From Candidatus Poriferihabitaceae bacterium (GTDB taxonomy: Bacteria > Pseudomonadota > Gammaproteobacteria > Arenicellales > Poriferihabitantaceae), in the NCBI GenBank assembly GCA_965204165.1, contig OZ241969.1, forward strand, positions 4,280,735 through 4,344,734: 64,000 nucleotides of DNA, in the 5' to 3' direction. Under the pieces are notes generated by a model. That model was not told the origin of the DNA. It saw only the letters and a list, made by a program, of their open reading frames with translations, and did no database searches. This document shows, one piece after another, positions 16,913-26,957 of the stretch. Positions within the stretch are counted from its first letter, which is position 1, and every line of letters starts with the position of its first letter. The position numbers and the translations under genes are program-made.

Positions 16913-17935
16913 GTGGCATACCGTGACATCGAGCAGGGACGCAAAAAGAACAGGGAACGGTTCCAGCAACGCATGGCGGAGAGGAAAGCCGCCGGATTGT
17001 GTTTGATGTGCGGCGTCGTCCCCCCGGTGCCCGGCCGCACGAACTGCGAGCCCTGTTCTGAGAAGCGACGCGCGCGCGAGAAGGAGCGGAGCGCCAGGCT
17101 AAAGGCCGAGGGAAAACCCCGGCGCGATCCGGTCAAGGCCCGCGAAGCCGGACGGCGGCACTACCGCAAGAAGGTCGAAACACGGATCGCCGCCGGACTT
17201 TGTCCTCGCTGCGGCACCGCCACACCCGCTTCCGGCCGGAGGCTCTGCGACGGCTGCAACGAACAGACCCGGGAACTTTCCCGGGCGAGATACGCCAGGG
17301 GCAAGGCGCTGGGGAAGCCATACGGCGGTCGGCCGGCCGAGTCACGCCGGCGGTCCGCCAGGGTCCGCAGCGAGCGCAAGCGGTTCGCCTGGGTCGCTGC
17401 CGGCAAGTGCTCGCGCTGTGGCAAGGCCGAACCCGCCGAAGGCGGGTCCACGTGCACCCCATGCAGGACCAGGAGGCAGGAGCGTGAACGGGCGAAATAC
17501 GCCAAAAGGCGGTCTACGGGATGTTGTGTCCGTTGCGGTGCCGCCTCGACCTTCGACGGCGCCGCCCTTTGCTTCACCTGCGCCGCCGTGGAGGCGGACA
17601 GCGGGCGGCAGGAACGGAAGAACGCCGCTTCCAGACGGCGCTACATGGAAAGGCGCCGGGCCGGGATTTGTACCGATTGCGGAGCTCCCAGCAATGGAGC
17701 ATCGCGCTGTGTTCCCTGCGCAGAAAGAAGTTACACCCGCTCCGCCCACTTCCGCGGGATGCCCGCCTGGGAACCCGAATACACCGTGGTGGACCTGGAC
17801 ACCGGGGAAGAGCACGGGCCTTTCGACAGCCGGGCCGACGCGGACGCCGGCGCCGCGTTTCTCAAGCTCCGGCAGGGACGGTTCGAGGTCGTCGCCGAGA
17901 ACCACCCGCTGGCGGGGTCGGTCGGATGGGCGTGA
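16913..17935 (+). CDS. basic protein with five tandem CxxC-x(8-11)-CxxC zinc-ribbon modules
   Basis: The five repeats are GLCLMCG..NCEPC, GLCPRCG..LCDGC, GKCSRCG..TCTPC, GCCVRCG..LCFTC and GICTDCG..RCVPC. Each is followed by an Arg/Lys-rich segment ending in RY or KY. GTG start. Confidence 0.6.
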   Translation: MAYRDIEQGRKKNRERFQQRMAERKAAGLCLMCGVVPPVPGRTNCEPCSEKRRAREKERSARLKAEGKPRRDPVKAREAGRRHYRKKVETRIAAGLCPRCGTATPASGRRLCDGCNEQTRELSRARYARGKALGKPYGGRPAESRRRSARVRSERKRFAWVAAGKCSRCGKAEPAEGGSTCTPCRTRRQERERAKYAKRRSTGCCVRCGAASTFDGAALCFTCAAVEADSGRQERKNAASRRRYMERRRAGICTDCGAPSNGASRCVPCAERSYTRSAHFRGMPAWEPEYTVVDLDTGEEHGPFDSRADADAGAAFLKLRQGRFEVVAENHPLAGSVGWA

Positions 17936-18457
17936 TTGCCCTCCACCGCACTCCGTAGCCGGCCGGGGGGCGGGGGCCGCACATGCCGACGGCCCGGTGA
18001 AGCCGGGTCCGGAATCGGGGTTGGCGACCGCTCCCGGCCCGGGGTCGTATTCCCTGCGGCGGAAGCGCCCACTGTGCGCGGACGCCCTCTTCACCCACCC
18101 GAACGGGATTCGGACGCGGGAGCGGTCGGCGCCGAGCATACCACGCCTGCCACGGGATGGTGCGGTGCCTTTCCGCCTCGCTGCGCAGCCGGCCGGCCGG
18201 CAGCCGTTCGGCTGGGCGAACAGGCCGGACTGGTCGGCCACGCCCGCGCCGGCATGCCTCGCGAAGGAGTCCGGGACAGCGCATTGGCCGACACCGCCCG
18301 CCTGCCCCGCCGGGTCCGGACACGGGAATGGCCGGCCCGGAGCATGGCACGCGTTCCGGGATCGCGGCGGCGCCCCCGCTGCGCAGCCGGCCGCCGGCCC
18401 GACGACGCCTGCCGATGAAAGCCGGCGCGGGGGGATCGGCCGCCGACGGCACCGGCA

Positions 18458-18490
18458 GAACCCGGAAGAACCCGGAAGAACCCGGAAGAA
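18458..18490. repeat. 10-bp tandem repeat GAACCCGGAA x3.3
   Basis: Counted directly in the sequence. Confidence 0.85.
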
Positions 18491-18931
18491 GCACGCGCTC
18501 CCTATCGGGCAATGCCGGACGGCATGTCACCCGGTGAGGAGGCTGGGGAGCGCGTGCCGGGCCAGTATACACCGACGCTGTCACGGAAGATGGTCAAGCC
18601 GTCCCGGGCGGCAGCCGGGCGGGGGCCATGGAACCGGCGGCGACCACGGCTCGTCGGACGCGATGCCCCGGAGACGGAGCCGGCGCCGGTCTGCGCCGGG
18701 ACGAAAACCCACCCGCATCCGTCGGCAGCAGCCCCTGACGGCCCCGCAGCGGCTTTTTCCGGCCCGGTCCCCACCCTGGCTCCCCACGCCCCTGTCCGCC
18801 CTTCCAGGCCGTTCGAGAGCCGAAGGAAGGAGCGGAAAGAGTGAACCCGGGTAGGCGGGAGGGAGTTCGGCTCCGGCCGCCTCCCCGGGGTTCATCGAAC
18901 TTTCCATCCAACCCGAAACGGGAGAACCATC

Positions 18932-19099
18932 ATGCAGATCCGCGACATCGGGGGCAATTCCGAAATGCCCGCAACATCCGAAATCCCCACCAGCCCCGAC
19001 CAGCTGCTCGGTGAGCTTGGCCTGGGAACCGAGACCATCAGGGAGATCCTCGACGACGTTTCCTCTGAGCCGGCCCTCGACCTTCGTCCCGAAGGTTGA
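18932..19099 (+). CDS. possible small acidic protein (55 aa)
   Basis: ATG preceded by GGAGA at the usual spacing. Translation MQIRDIGGNSEMPATSEIPTSPDQLLGELGLGTETIREILDDVSSEPALDLRPEG. Below the ORF-track length cut-off and unsupported otherwise. Confidence 0.25.
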   Translation: MQIRDIGGNSEMPATSEIPTSPDQLLGELGLGTETIREILDDVSSEPALDLRPEG

Positions 19100-19233
19100 C
19101 GGAGGGAAAGGAGGTCTGGAGAAGGTGAACCGAAGGGGGCCGGGAGAAAGAAGAACCCGGACCCCCGGGGGTTCGTTCCATCGTTTTTCCGTTTTTTCCG
19201 TTTTATCAACCAACGTTACCTCAGGAGGTACAT

Positions 19234-19683
19234 ATGCCTTTCGGACTCAACAAGGCCTCATTGATCGGCCGCATCGGACAGGACGTCACCGTCAACCACC
19301 TCGCGTCCGGCGGACGCGTCGCCAACCTCAGCATCGCCACCGACGAGTCCTACATCCGGGACGGCGAGCGGGTCGACCGCACGGAATGGCACCGCCTGGT
19401 CACCTTCCAGGACGGCCTCATCACCATGCTGGAGAAGCACGCGAAGAAGGGCCGCCTGGTCTACGTCGACGGCAAGCTCCAGACCCGCCGCTGGCGCAAG
19501 GACGGCGAGGACGCCGACCGGTTCTCCACGGAGATCATGCTCGTGCCCGGTTCCAGGATTCAGTTCCTGGACAGGCCCGGCGCCAAGGCGCAGCCCGCCG
19601 AGGCCCCGGCGGACGCACCGGCCGCTCCCCAGGGCGGCGTTCGGGAGAACATGACGGATTTCGATGAGCCGATCCCGTTTTAA
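19234..19683 (+). CDS. ssb: single-stranded DNA-binding protein
   Basis: OB-fold pattern: NKASLIGRIGQDV...TEWHRLVTF...GRLVYVDGKLQTRRWRKDGED. It has a Gly/Pro/Ala-rich tail and an acidic tip DFDEPIPF. AGGAGG RBS. Confidence 0.9.
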   Translation: MPFGLNKASLIGRIGQDVTVNHLASGGRVANLSIATDESYIRDGERVDRTEWHRLVTFQDGLITMLEKHAKKGRLVYVDGKLQTRRWRKDGEDADRFSTEIMLVPGSRIQFLDRPGAKAQPAEAPADAPAAPQGGVRENMTDFDEPIPF

Positions 19684-19712
19684 GCGATCCGCCTCGCCAT
19701 CCCCTCCCCTTC

Positions 19713-19745
19713 AGCCGCAGTCCCCAGGGGCTGCGGCTTTTTTCT
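19713..19745 (+). terminator. intrinsic terminator after ssb
   Basis: GCCGCAGTCCCCAGGGGCTGCGGC followed by TTTTTT. Confidence 0.6.
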
Positions 19746-19889
19746 TGCAGCCAACCCAACGGCCGGCTTCGCCGCGCCTGCTCGCATGATCATCGAGTGA
19801 AGGTCAGGGGGGCGGGTGGTGAACCGCGCGGCGGCCGGAGAGAGGGCCTTCGCGCGTCACGTCAACCAGCACACCGACCGGAGAGAACC

Positions 19890-20123
19890 ATGCCCCGAAT
19901 CACCTTCCAGAAAACCGGCGACGACGAAGCCATCATCCGTTACGACGGCGAGGCCGTCGGCGACCTGTACCGCCATGAGGATCCGATCACGGGGAAGCCG
20001 TTCTATCTGATACTTCTCAGCGAGGACGGCCGGGGTTGGCTGCGCTGCGATGATCGCAGCAAGGTCCACCAGTCCATCAGGCACCGGCTCCGCTCGCACC
20101 CGCTACAGGGGTGGCGATTCTGA
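19890..20123 (+). CDS. hypothetical protein (77 aa)
   Basis: Internal ATG preceded by GGAGAG. No family assignment possible. Confidence 0.4.
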   Translation: MPRITFQKTGDDEAIIRYDGEAVGDLYRHEDPITGKPFYLILLSEDGRGWLRCDDRSKVHQSIRHRLRSHPLQGWRF

Positions 20124-20641
20124 TGGCCATGGCCAGCACCGCCATGCCAGTCCCCTTCCCACCGCTTTCCCCATTCACCCACCGCCCGGTGGGCGTCCTG
20201 CCCACAATGAGCGCCTGCGGCGCGGCTTGTTGGTCGCTGGTGCTGTCCATGCACCCACGGCGTTTCACTCGGCTCTCCTCGTTGTACGCCTGACGCGACC
20301 CGATTGGGGGGACAGTACTACTCCCTGCCTATTCCCATGATATCCCCGTGCTCGTTTGCCAACCCCTCCGGGGTCCTCCACTGCGCTCCGCTCCGTTCCG
20401 GCCGCGCCTCCAGGGACAACGGCGCTGGCGCGCCTAGCGCCGGCGCGCCACGCGACCGTGGCTCATTCCTCCCTGCGGTCGTCACTGCGCCCGCACCATC
20501 GCGCGGCACGCCGACCCATGTCCCTGGGGCCCGGTGGCGGCTCTGCGCGCGGCGATGAGGGATGAATACGCAGGAAGTTCCCTTCCAGCTCATGCGGGGC
20601 TTCCGCCCCTTCAACTTCTATTGTTCATTCGGAGAATTCAC

Positions 20642-21592
20642 ATGTACGACAACAGCAACTCCATCGACAACATCGATCACCTCGACAGCATCGATACCGG
20701 CGGACAATCCGTCACCGCCATGATCTGCGAGCAGGCGAAGCTCCACGGGGCGACGCCCGAGCGCGGCGAGTTCGATCCCAGGGAGGTCTGGGAGCGGGAC
20801 ACCGCCATCGGCGCCGTGGCCGAGGCGTTCTCGGTACTCGCCGACTCCATCGGCATGACCGGGTTCCAGATCGCCGACGAGGCCGGCTCCCTCCTCTGGG
20901 GGTTCGTCAACACCTTCGACGCGCAGATCCGGAGGCTGGACCGGAGCATCGACCGGATCGCGCCCGAGCTGCGCGACCTGCGGAAGGAACAGGACGGTTC
21001 GGAAATAAAATCGCGGGAGCTGGAACTGCTCACGGACCGGGCGAAGAACCTGGGGGCTCGGCGCGACGCCTTCGAGGAGATGCGGGACGCGGCGGCGGCC
21101 CAGTACCAGGCGCAGACCGGCGAGATGTGGCGGCCGCGCTCCGGTTCCCACACCAGCCGCACCGGGGTTCTCACCTCCGCCGCCATCGACGCCCGGGACT
21201 TCCTCCGGGCGAGGGACAGCGCCGCCGTCAGGGAGAACCTCCCGGACGGAACCCTGATCGCCGTCGCGGGCGGGAAGGACGGCGACCCCGACGCGGTGTT
21301 CCGCAAGCTGGACGCCGCCCACCGCAAGTACGCGGACATGGTCCTCGTCCACGGCGGCGGGCCCGGCGTCGAGAAGTTCGCCGCCCGCTGGGCCGAGGCC
21401 CGCGGCGTGCACCAGGTGGTCTGCCGGCCCGACTGGAACACACACGGCAAGGCCGCGCCGTTCCGGCGGAACGACGAACTGCTGAACCTGATGCCGAAGG
21501 GCATCATCCTCTTCCCGAGCGAATCCGGCATCACCGCCAACCTGGCCGACAAGGCGACCGCCTCGGGCATACCGGTTCTGAGAGTCAACTGA
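20642..21592 (+). CDS. DUF2493 (SLOG-fold) domain protein with ~190-aa N-terminal helical extension
   Basis: The C-terminal DMVLVHGGGPGVEKFAARWAEARGVHQVVCRPDW...FRRNDELL is the DUF2493 core common on plasmids and ICEs. ATG preceded by GGAGAA. Confidence 0.7.
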   Translation: MYDNSNSIDNIDHLDSIDTGGQSVTAMICEQAKLHGATPERGEFDPREVWERDTAIGAVAEAFSVLADSIGMTGFQIADEAGSLLWGFVNTFDAQIRRLDRSIDRIAPELRDLRKEQDGSEIKSRELELLTDRAKNLGARRDAFEEMRDAAAAQYQAQTGEMWRPRSGSHTSRTGVLTSAAIDARDFLRARDSAAVRENLPDGTLIAVAGGKDGDPDAVFRKLDAAHRKYADMVLVHGGGPGVEKFAARWAEARGVHQVVCRPDWNTHGKAAPFRRNDELLNLMPKGIILFPSESGITANLADKATASGIPVLRVN

Positions 21593-22766
21593 GACACCGG
21601 CACCGGGCCGCGTCGTTCCCACGGCGCGGTCCTTCTTCCCTTCCGGCGCGGCGGCCGTGCCGCGCCATCGCCGCTGCGCGGCGCCCGGCGCTTTTTCCAT
21701 TCCCCGTCCGCGGCGGCGGCGGCAACCGCATCCGCTTCGACGCCTGCTGCTGGCTCGATGCTCCGCATCCTCGCCGGGCACGCGGACCGGACCGCCTACC
21801 GTCGCCGACGCCCTCCGCTTCGCGGGCCGGTCGCGACGATTTTTCCGATCTCCAGCTTCCACAGCGAACCGGTCCGTGCTCCGCGACGGTCCCGGTGGCG
21901 AACCCGTGCCGGGTCTCCGCCGTCGGCTTTCGCCGCACGGCGCTGCCGACTCCAGCTCCGTCTCTCTCCCGTTCCGGTCGCGACAGTTTTTTCGTCGGCA
22001 TCCTCATCCCCCGCTCCGAACGTGCCGGTCTCCGTCACGCGCGCCGCGTCCGGCATCTCCACCTGTTCCACAACGAGCCGAAAAAAAATTCACGGTGATG
22101 GTCGCAGTAGTCAACCGGTTCCCCGTCCGCAGCGTCAGCCGCTCCGGACTCCGCCACCGGCGCAAGTTTCTTCTCGTGCCTCTGCCCGTTGGCGCGTCGG
22201 TCGCGCTTCCCCTTCGGGAACTCCATCGGGTCGCGTGCCGCTCCCCATCGCGGGTCGCTTCCGCTGCCCCGCTCAAACGCCGCCGGGCTCCATCCTTTCG
22301 CTCTGCCGGAGTCCAGAATCGTTCGTGGTGTGCTCCTCGATCTTCTCTCATTTCTACGCCCGGCGGCGTTTTCTCTCACACCCCACGCACCTATGGTGCA
22401 GTGTGCTTCATGCGTACGATTGCCCGGCCCTGTCCCAGCCTGCCATGACATCGACCGCCCCCATGTTGTTGGGGCGAGTGTATGTTCTTGCTACCGGCGC
22501 GGTATACCCCCGGAACCCTTTGTTTTCAAACGTCATTTCCAAATTTCGTATTTCAGCGTAACACGGTGCCGATATAGTAAATTTGCTAAATTCCATGATG
22601 AGCATACAGCTCGTATGCCATGAGAACACGCTCGGGATTGTTACAATCGGCTATTCGGAAGCGGTTCCCACCCTACGGCGAAAACACCTAAGATGGTTTC
22701 CATCCGGATTCATGAAGTAAATTTCGAAGACCGTCCACCCAATCAGTGAGCCGAAGCAGGAATAAC

Positions 22767-23180
22767 ATGGCAGAAAAAATTCAAACCGAATCCGCAAAAA
22801 CCGTATCCGGCGAATCCAATGATGGAAATGCCGACGTGAATACGTCCGAACGGCGCTTGCCACGCTCCATCCGTTTTTCCGATTCCGAATGGAAACTGAT
22901 CGAGAGAACGGCCAAGGAGCGTGGTATGGCAGCCGCCGAACTGGTTCGACATGCCGCAGTTGGCTTTGCGAAAGGAAAATTTTCCGCATCCACTTCCAGG
23001 AGTTTGCCTACATCCCATCCCGAGATTGCAGCACAGATCGAACGAATCTATAACGGCGTCTACCTACTCACAACATTAAAGCGGGATGAAATGCTCGCGA
23101 GAGGGCAAGAGGAGGAAGTGGAAAGAATCATTGAAGACGCCCGAAAGTCACGCAAACTGATACAGGAATCCTCTGTCTGA
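22767..23180 (+). CDS. ribbon-helix-helix (CopG/MobC-like) DNA-binding protein
   Basis: RSIRFSDSEWKLIERTAKERGMAAAELVRHAAV shows a beta-strand plus two-helix RHH pattern. The C-terminal half is helical. First gene of the AT-rich block. Confidence 0.6.
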   Translation: MAEKIQTESAKTVSGESNDGNADVNTSERRLPRSIRFSDSEWKLIERTAKERGMAAAELVRHAAVGFAKGKFSASTSRSLPTSHPEIAAQIERIYNGVYLLTTLKRDEMLARGQEEEVERIIEDARKSRKLIQESSV

Positions 23181-23417
23181 TCGAATATCAATTATCACCA
23201 ACTTTGAAGTCTCCTGGTCCTTACTTAACCGATCCTTTCGAAAAGTATCAGAATAAAATTTCACTTTCCGTGCCGGATTCCTGATGAAAGAAAACGGATC
23301 TCGTTTTGATTACAGTGCCCATCGATATTCAGCCAGCACCAAATTTTGCCACCTTAGGGAATTCAGGGTGGATTGAATATTTAGTGAAGAAAAATATAAC
23401 CGCATCAGATTGGAGAT

Positions 23418-25462
23418 TTGAAATTGGCAGCTGACGATTTTCGCGTCGATTTCCGAGGTGCACGCGGATCAAACACCGGAGACGAATTCCACGAACTGTG
23501 GGCGATTCGACATGCTCTTTCCATGTTGGATCCACATAGTAGCCTATCCTCCATCATGCTGGAAGGTGTTAAATCGGGCAATGAAGATGGGAATTTCTGG
23601 GACGGCGTGGATTGTACATTGCTGTACTGTGGAGATTCTTTGGCCGAAGCAAAACACGTAGAAATTCAACAACTAAAGTATTCAGCCGCAAATCCAACGA
23701 AGAAATGGACAGTTGCTCGGGCCTGTGCCGGTAGAGGGGGTACAGGTTCAGCTTCGTTGATTCATAGACTAGGTCAAGCGTTTCACGCCCTGCGTCAAAT
23801 ACGCAAAGACAAAAAACTTGAGTCAATCAAGGTAAAACTCGTGACCAACCAACCGATTTCTCCAGAATTGTTGCGGGTCATTTTCGAAGCCAGGGAAGAT
23901 GTGCCTGAAACATACGCGGTGCCTTGGAAAACCGGTGATTCTAAATTGCACCGTCTCGTCTCCGCCAGTGGTCTTTCTCCTAGTGAATTTCGGTCCTTCG
24001 CATTTGTTTTCGATTGTGTAACAAGTGCTAATGTGGGTTCCCGTTTTTCGATGGAAGATGGAATTCTCACCACTATAGCTACGTTTCAAGATGTAGAGTT
24101 TCAGACAACATTTCTCCAACTCAGGAATTTTGTTCGCAAGCGTATGCTACCGGAAGCTGCAGGAGAACAAATTACGAAACAGAATATTCTTATTCAGTTT
24201 GGAGTATCTGATGAGAGCGCATTGTTTCCGTGCCCACCGGCGATGAAACCAGTATCCGGTTTAGTATCCAGAGATGAATCAGAGAGAATCGTAGAAACCA
24301 TGAAGCAAGGAACGCAAAGGATTTGCTTCCATGGTGGTGCCGGAGTGGGAAAGACTACAGCATTGCAAGAGATCAATTCATCATTGCCGGCAAATTCTCA
24401 CATGATCGTTTTTGATTGCTATGGAGCAGGATCATATTTGGATGCCAGCAAATTACGCCACCGGCCAAGAGATGCTTTTACCCAGCTATCCAACGAATTG
24501 GCCGAACGATTACGGATACCTCTCTTTCTTCAACGGAGTGAATCCATAGATTATGCAAGAGCTTTCTGTCGAAGACTGGAAATAGCTGCAGAAACTCTTA
24601 AGTTAGTCTCCCCAGATGCCTTTCTGGTTATTGCCGTGGATGCAGCGGACAACTCAATCTCAGCAGCAAATGCATTCTATGGAAATGATACTTGTTTTGT
24701 TCCTGAACTCATGTCATTTCATCAGCTGCCAGAAAATGTACGAATTATAGTAAGTGCAAGAACAGGGCGACTCGATGAGTTGAGCCCCCCATCTGCATAT
24801 GTACGTATCGAACTATCTGGCTTTACGAAAGATGAAACAACACAAAATGTCAACAGATTTTGGAATGCTCCAGCAAATTGGATAGACGTCTTTCATGAAT
24901 TATCCAATGGTATTCCTCGCGTTCAAGATTACGCATTTGAATGGGCGAGAGAAAAATACGAAAAAGCAATGGATGTATTGCTACCTGAAGGAAAGGATCT
25001 TGATCAGATATTCGATGAAAGTTTTGCGTTCGCACTGAAGAAATCTGGTAACTCTGACCTTGTTCAAAATGTTTGTGCCGCTTTAATCGTGTTGCCAAGG
25101 CCGATTCCAATAACCGAATTGGCATATTTACTTCAGCTGCCAGTTTCGCAGGTTTTAGACATCTGTGCTGATTTGGCACCAGGAATACGCATGCAGGGGA
25201 ATAATATTAGTTTCTCAGATGAAGATTTTGAAGATTTTGTTAGAAGAAAGGGAATAGATGAAGAACAAAACCTTCAAGTGCTAGCGGCAGAACGATGCCT
25301 TTCGCAAGCCGAATGCAATACATACGCCGCCAGAAATGTCGCACATCTCTTGTTTGTTTCGGGAAGACATCAAGAACTACTGGAGTTTGTGGAAAAGGAG
25401 CCGGAGCCAAACTCTGAGGCTGTTCCTGATCCTGTTCAAAGACGTGAGATCAACGATGAAAG
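23418..25462 (+). pseudogene. giant nuclease-like / P-loop NTPase gene, 5' part (codons 1-681 plus 2 nt), interrupted by the IS66-family element
   Basis: TTG start after GGAG. Walker A GGAGVGKTT at nt 24333-24359, Walker B FLVIAVDAADN at nt 24621-24653, and N-terminal GDEFHELW...VDCTLLY...VEIQQLKYS. The reading frame terminates 4 nt inside the IS. Confidence 0.8.
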
Positions 25463-25495
25463 GTAACTACTAGCCCCCTGTGGAGCACCTGAAGG

Positions 25496-26953
25496 TCATT
25501 CAGGTGTCTTGAGCATGTGGGCGGCCTTTCCCTTGAGAGCGATCTCGATGGCGGCAAGAGGATTGTAACCCTGATAGGACATGGACAGCAGATAGCTTGA
25601 GACCCGGCACCATGCGACGGCGTATTTGTATGTACGGAAACAGCCGGACACTTTCTGCTTGACCTTGGCCATCCGGAGGTTCCTTTCGGACAGGTTGTTG
25701 GTGAAGCTGACCGCGGGGTCCCTGGCGAACCGCAGGACTTCGGTTTCATGCTTTCCCATGGCCTCCCACAGGTTCTCCGCGTCGGATTTCGCGATGCGCC
25801 CGCGCTTTTTCCCGCCGGTGCGCACAGGGGTTGCCGGGAGTTCCTTCTTCCCCTGGGTCAGGATGGTCCGGTAGCGCTTTTGCAGGGCGGCGCATTCTTT
25901 TGCGGACAGCACCTTGTCCGGGCTTTCCCTGACCTTGCGGGCGGCGTCCCGGAGCAGTTTCTTCATCCGCCTCGCCCAGGCCGGATCATGGGCGTCGATG
26001 AGGAACTGCAGATCCCGCAGGAGGTGGCCGCCGCACAGGGCGTGGTCGCAGTGGTCACAGGCAAGATAGCTGGCCCAGCGGTCATGGACCAGGACGCCGC
26101 CGTACCGGGGGATGATGCCGATGTCCCGGATCGCCTCGCCGCCCCGCTTGGGGTGGCAGAACTTCAGGGTGAGGTCTCCGGCGCTGCAGTCGTGCAGCCA
26201 GTGGTTCTTGCGGTCGATGCGGATCGAGGTCTCGTCCACATGCAGCGCCGGCGCGGCCAGCAGGCACTCGACGGCGGCAGCCTCCCAGTCCGCCAGGGCA
26301 TCGTGCAGGCGCAGCAGCCAGGCCAGCAGGGTCGCCTCGGCAATGGCCCGTCCCGTCATCGCCTTCATGGTCTGGACCACACGCTTCAGCGGCACCATCT
26401 GCGCCACCATCAGGTGGGCGGCGAACGCGATGATGCCGTGTCCGTACTGCAGCGGACCCGGCAGGCCGTCCGGAAAGGCGCCCCGGTTCTCGGCATGGCA
26501 GCGCGGACAGGTCTTGATCTCGGCATCCACGTGGTATTCCCGGGTCTCGAACACGATGTCCACCAGGGTGCGACGCTCATGGCCCTCGCACCGTACCCGC
26601 ACCAGGTTCCTGCCGCAGGCCGAACATTCCGTCACCGGGGATACCCCGGTTTCACTCACCAGACGGGTATGGCCCGTTTCCCAGTGCGGCTGCTCCGGTC
26701 CCCTGCCACGGCTCCCGGGGCGTGCCGCGGTCTCATCCTTCCCCTCACGGGACGGCGGCAGGCTCGCGTTCACCGGCGTCTTGCGGGTGGTCTTTTCCAT
26801 GAACACCGCCATCATCAACTCCATCAGCATCAACAGGGCGTTGAACAGCACCTCGCATTCCGCGCTGACCTTGCCCTCCCTGCACAGTGACCGGAAACTC
26901 TCCCGGTGCGCATCGAACTCCTCGCGCAGCGCAACCCGGTTCACCGTCCCCAT
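25496..26953 (-). CDS. IS66-family transposase (TnpC-type), 485 aa
   Basis: Zinc-finger CSACG...CPRCH, then DDE-region motifs ALHVDETSI, VLVHDRWASY and NNLSERNLR. Length and layout are typical of IS66 TnpC. Confidence 0.9.
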   Translation of the reverse strand: MGTVNRVALREEFDAHRESFRSLCREGKVSAECEVLFNALLMLMELMMAVFMEKTTRKTPVNASLPPSREGKDETAARPGSRGRGPEQPHWETGHTRLVSETGVSPVTECSACGRNLVRVRCEGHERRTLVDIVFETREYHVDAEIKTCPRCHAENRGAFPDGLPGPLQYGHGIIAFAAHLMVAQMVPLKRVVQTMKAMTGRAIAEATLLAWLLRLHDALADWEAAAVECLLAAPALHVDETSIRIDRKNHWLHDCSAGDLTLKFCHPKRGGEAIRDIGIIPRYGGVLVHDRWASYLACDHCDHALCGGHLLRDLQFLIDAHDPAWARRMKKLLRDAARKVRESPDKVLSAKECAALQKRYRTILTQGKKELPATPVRTGGKKRGRIAKSDAENLWEAMGKHETEVLRFARDPAVSFTNNLSERNLRMAKVKQKVSGCFRTYKYAVAWCRVSSYLLSMSYQGYNPLAAIEIALKGKAAHMLKTPE

Positions 26954-26957
26954 GGAT

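Noticed and set aside
17418-18854. 478-aa ORF, plus overlapping 240-300-aa ORFs on both strands
   Set aside because: Extreme Arg/Pro/Gly/Ala bias, mutual overlap in several frames, and no motif or RBS. Treated as non-coding G+C-rich sequence.
20618-21862. 414-aa and 363-aa ORFs antisense to the DUF2493 gene
   Set aside because: Shadow ORFs with Arg/Pro/Gly bias. The sense strand has an RBS and a recognisable domain.
21657-22561. 263-aa and 267-aa ORFs in the DUF2493-RHH spacer
   Set aside because: They overlap each other in different frames, have Arg/Pro/Ser-rich low-complexity translations, and lack an RBS.
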